DNA of 61,914 nucleotides, taken from positions 1 to 61,914 of the forward strand of contig JBGPZW010000001.1 of NCBI GenBank assembly GCA_041493955.1. The letters run 5' to 3'. Position numbers and translations under genes: made by a program. Below the pieces are notes generated by a model. That model was not told the DNA's origin, did no database searches, and worked only from the letters and a program-made list of their open reading frames with translations. Source of the DNA: Terriglobia bacterium (GTDB taxonomy: Bacteria; Acidobacteriota; Terriglobia; Acidiferrales; UBA7541). How positions within the stretch are numbered: the first letter of the stretch is position 1; the number at the start of each line of letters is the position of its first letter. Shown here piece by piece: positions 59,583 to 61,914 of the stretch.

Positions 59583-60893
59583 GTGAAACTTCTTCCGCTC
59601 TGCGCTATCCTGAGCTTGATGGCGACGGCCTCTGCCCAAACCGCCCCGGCCCGAAACGGCCTCACGGCCGAAACGGTGTCGCGCGACCCGCGCACGGCTC
59701 GGGCGCTGGAATGGCTCATCAAGAACCTTGGCTGGGTCAACGACGAGCAGGTCCGCATCACGGAAATCCCCGCGCCGCCGTTCCATGAGGCGCAGCGCGC
59801 CGCCTATCTCCGGAAGCTATTGTCCTGCTGCGGTCTGCGGGCGCACAACGACGACGTGGGCAACGTGGTCGCCGAGCGGCCCGGGGAGCAGGGCGGCGAG
59901 GTCGTGCTGGTCACGGCGCATCTGGATACCGTTTTTCCGGCGGGCACGCCGATCAAGATCCATCGCGAGGGCACCCGCATCTACGGGCCGGGGATCGGCG
60001 ATAATGGCACCGGCCTGGTGGCCCTGGCGGCGCTGGCGCGCGCGCTGGGCGAGGCCAAGATCAAGACCCGGCGCACCATCGTATTCTCTGCCGACGTGGG
60101 CGAAGAGGGTGAGGGTAACCTGCGCGGCATCCGCAAGCTGGTAGAAACCTACGGAAGCCGTTTGCGCTACGTCATCGCGCTCGACGGCGCGAGTGCCGAC
60201 CACGTCATCACTTCCGCGCTGATCTCGCGGCGCATCGAGATCGCTGTCACCGGCCCCGGCGGCCATAGCTGGTCGGATTTCGGTGCGCCGAACCCTATTC
60301 ACGCGCTTTCGCGCGGCATCGCCCGGTTCGTAACCGTGCGCGTGCCCGAGCAGCCGCGCACCACGTTTAACATCGGCGAGATCGAGGGCGGCACGTCCGT
60401 CAATTCCATTCCGTTCCGCGCGGCCATCAAAGTGGACCTGCGCTCGGAGGCACAGTCCGAGTTGGATCGTCTTGAGGCGACACTGCGCGAGGCCATCGAA
60501 GCCGGAGTCACCGAGGAGATGGCGGCGGCACGCGACCGCGGTATGGCCAGCCGGGGTCCGAACGACAAGCTGGAGATGAAACTCCGCGTGCTGGGCATCC
60601 GGCCCGGGGGCGAATTGCCGGAGTCCTCGCCGCTGCTTGCCGCGCTGCGGGAAGCGGATCGCTTCCTGGGCAACCGCTCGCGGCCGGAGCGCTCTTCGAC
60701 CGATGCGAACATTCCACTCTCGCTGGGTATTGACGCCATCTCCATCGGTGCCGGCGGGCACGCCGGGGGAGCGCATTCTCTCGGCGAATGGTACGACCCC
60801 ACCGGGCGCGAACTGGGTCTGCAGCGCGCCCTGCTGACCGTGCTGGGCGTCGCCGGCGTGGAAGCATCGCCTGAAAAACCATCCGACAAATGA
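59583..60893 (+). CDS. M20 family metallopeptidase (peptidase T / ArgE-DapE-like), secreted
   Basis: It has a GTG start and signal peptide LPLCAILSLMATASAQ. Motifs present are TAHLDTV, GIGDNGTG and the GEEGEGNLRG region. Confidence 0.82.
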   Translation: MKLLPLCAILSLMATASAQTAPARNGLTAETVSRDPRTARALEWLIKNLGWVNDEQVRITEIPAPPFHEAQRAAYLRKLLSCCGLRAHNDDVGNVVAERPGEQGGEVVLVTAHLDTVFPAGTPIKIHREGTRIYGPGIGDNGTGLVALAALARALGEAKIKTRRTIVFSADVGEEGEGNLRGIRKLVETYGSRLRYVIALDGASADHVITSALISRRIEIAVTGPGGHSWSDFGAPNPIHALSRGIARFVTVRVPEQPRTTFNIGEIEGGTSVNSIPFRAAIKVDLRSEAQSELDRLEATLREAIEAGVTEEMAAARDRGMASRGPNDKLEMKLRVLGIRPGGELPESSPLLAALREADRFLGNRSRPERSSTDANIPLSLGIDAISIGAGGHAGGAHSLGEWYDPTGRELGLQRALLTVLGVAGVEASPEKPSDK

Positions 60894-60916
60894 CTTGCGA
60901 TTGCCGCTGAGGTGAA

Positions 60917-61914
60917 ATGATGCCCCTGCAAGCCATGTGCGTGTTGTTCCTTGCGTGCGTGATGATCTCAGGCGCGCCGCGTGTCGCCGCGCAGGCTCCG
61001 AGCAAGCCAGCCGCCGCGGCCCAGGCGCCAACCCTGTTATTCGTCAACGGGGTCATCTACACGGGTGATCCCGCGCGCCCGCGCGCAGAGGCGGTGGCCA
61101 TCCGCGGCGAGCAGATCGTCGCTGTCGGCACCACCCGTGAGATCCTTGCCAAGGCAGGGCCGAACACGCGGATCGTGGACCTGCACGGCCGATTCGCCAT
61201 GCCCGGATTCAATGACGCTCACATCCATGTGGGCGGCGGCGGACAGGCCAAGCTGGCGGTGGATCTTGAGGGGGCGAGGTCTCTGGCCGAATTCCAGCAG
61301 CGCATCCGCGCGCGCCTGGGAGATTACACGCCCGGAGAGTGGATCACCGGGCGAGGCTGGGACCACACGCTCTGGCCGGAGAAGCGGTTTCCGACCCGGC
61401 ACGATCTCGACACGCTCTCGAATGATGATCCCATGGTGTTCACGCGCGTGGATGGCCACGTCTCGGTGGCCAACTCCCTGGCCTTGAAGCTCGCGCAGAT
61501 CACTCGTGAGACGAAAGAGCCGGCCGGCGGCAGCATCGAGCGCGACGCGGCGGGCGCGCCGACCGGCATGCTCAAGGAAACGGCCATGCAATTGGTAAGC
61601 CGCAAGGTGCCGCCGCTCACCGCTGCGCAGCGGCGCCGCGGGATTGAGCTGGTCCTGGCTGAGGTCGCGCGTTTCGGAGTGACCTCGCTGCAGGACAACT
61701 CCGCCTGGGAAGATTTCCTCGTTTACCAGCAGCTCAAAAAGGAAGGCAAGCTGACTGCGCGCATCAACGAATGGCTGCCGTTTCTCGAAGCGCTCCCGCG
61801 TTTGCAGGAGATGCGCAAGGCCGGCGGCACCAAGAATCGTTGGCTGAGGACGGGCGCGCTCAAGGCCGTCCTCGATGGCTCGCTGGGCTCGCGCACCGCC
61901 GCCATGCTGGCGCC
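60917..61914 (+). CDS. Amidohydrolase family protein (YtcJ-like), secreted; 3' end outside window
   Basis: Hand translation gives MMPLQAMCVLFLACVMISGAPRVAAQA...LFVNGVIYTGD...AMPGFNDAHIHVGGGG...RVDGHVSVANS...GSLGSRTAAML. The frame is open to the window edge, so the gene is absent from the ORF track. Confidence 0.82.
   Translation, partial: MMPLQAMCVLFLACVMISGAPRVAAQAPSKPAAAAQAPTLLFVNGVIYTGDPARPRAEAVAIRGEQIVAVGTTREILAKAGPNTRIVDLHGRFAMPGFNDAHIHVGGGGQAKLAVDLEGARSLAEFQQRIRARLGDYTPGEWITGRGWDHTLWPEKRFPTRHDLDTLSNDDPMVFTRVDGHVSVANSLALKLAQITRETKEPAGGSIERDAAGAPTGMLKETAMQLVSRKVPPLTAAQRRRGIELVLAEVARFGVTSLQDNSAWEDFLVYQQLKKEGKLTARINEWLPFLEALPRLQEMRKAGGTKNRWLRTGALKAVLDGSLGSRTAAMLA

Overview
This is a high-GC bacterial chromosomal segment, roughly two-thirds G+C by eye. 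The gene content (a Ser/Thr kinase fused to TolB-like propellers, a CzcCBA-type efflux operon, many secreted peptidases) suggests an Acidobacteriota-like soil organism; that is an inference. I support about 57 protein-coding genes, one tRNA-Ala(CGC), and a degenerate partial tRNA copy just upstream of it.

Most of the content is housekeeping or central metabolism:
- Biosynthesis and tRNA genes: thrC, an AlaX-like editing protein, nadB, aroB, ubiE/menG, pyrE, truA.
- Secretion and processing: tatB/tatC, a CtpA protease, M16/M20/M28 peptidases.
- Metabolic clusters: a methionine-salvage block (mtnB-mtnD-mtnC), a split methylmalonyl-CoA mutase, and a thiolase/DUF35/enoyl-CoA hydratase/thioesterase/histidine ammonia-lyase cluster.
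- Regulation and transport: a PilD/histidine kinase/sigma54 regulator cluster and two TolC-family genes.

Two real genes run off the window edges and are missing from the ORF track. I translated them by hand: a Cof-type HAD hydrolase at 1..825 (-) and an amidohydrolase at 60917..61914 (+).

I found no CRISPR array, transposase, integrase, phage genes, or recognisable defence or toxin-antitoxin system. I cannot point to a clearly novel system. The items most worth a second look are:
- A roughly 195-bp dispersed repeat family bracketing a 3-gene block (4.4-7.0 kb).
- The uncharacterised DUF1326/DUF2182 Cys- and Met-rich gene pair.
- An apparent 1-nt frameshift at the 5' end of czcA.
- A half-tRNA duplication next to a 670-bp gene-free structured spacer.
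- A split mutase operon interrupted by lower-GC genes.
- Unusually long, motif-rich intergenic spacers.

The many long ORFs antisense to real genes are high-GC artefacts.
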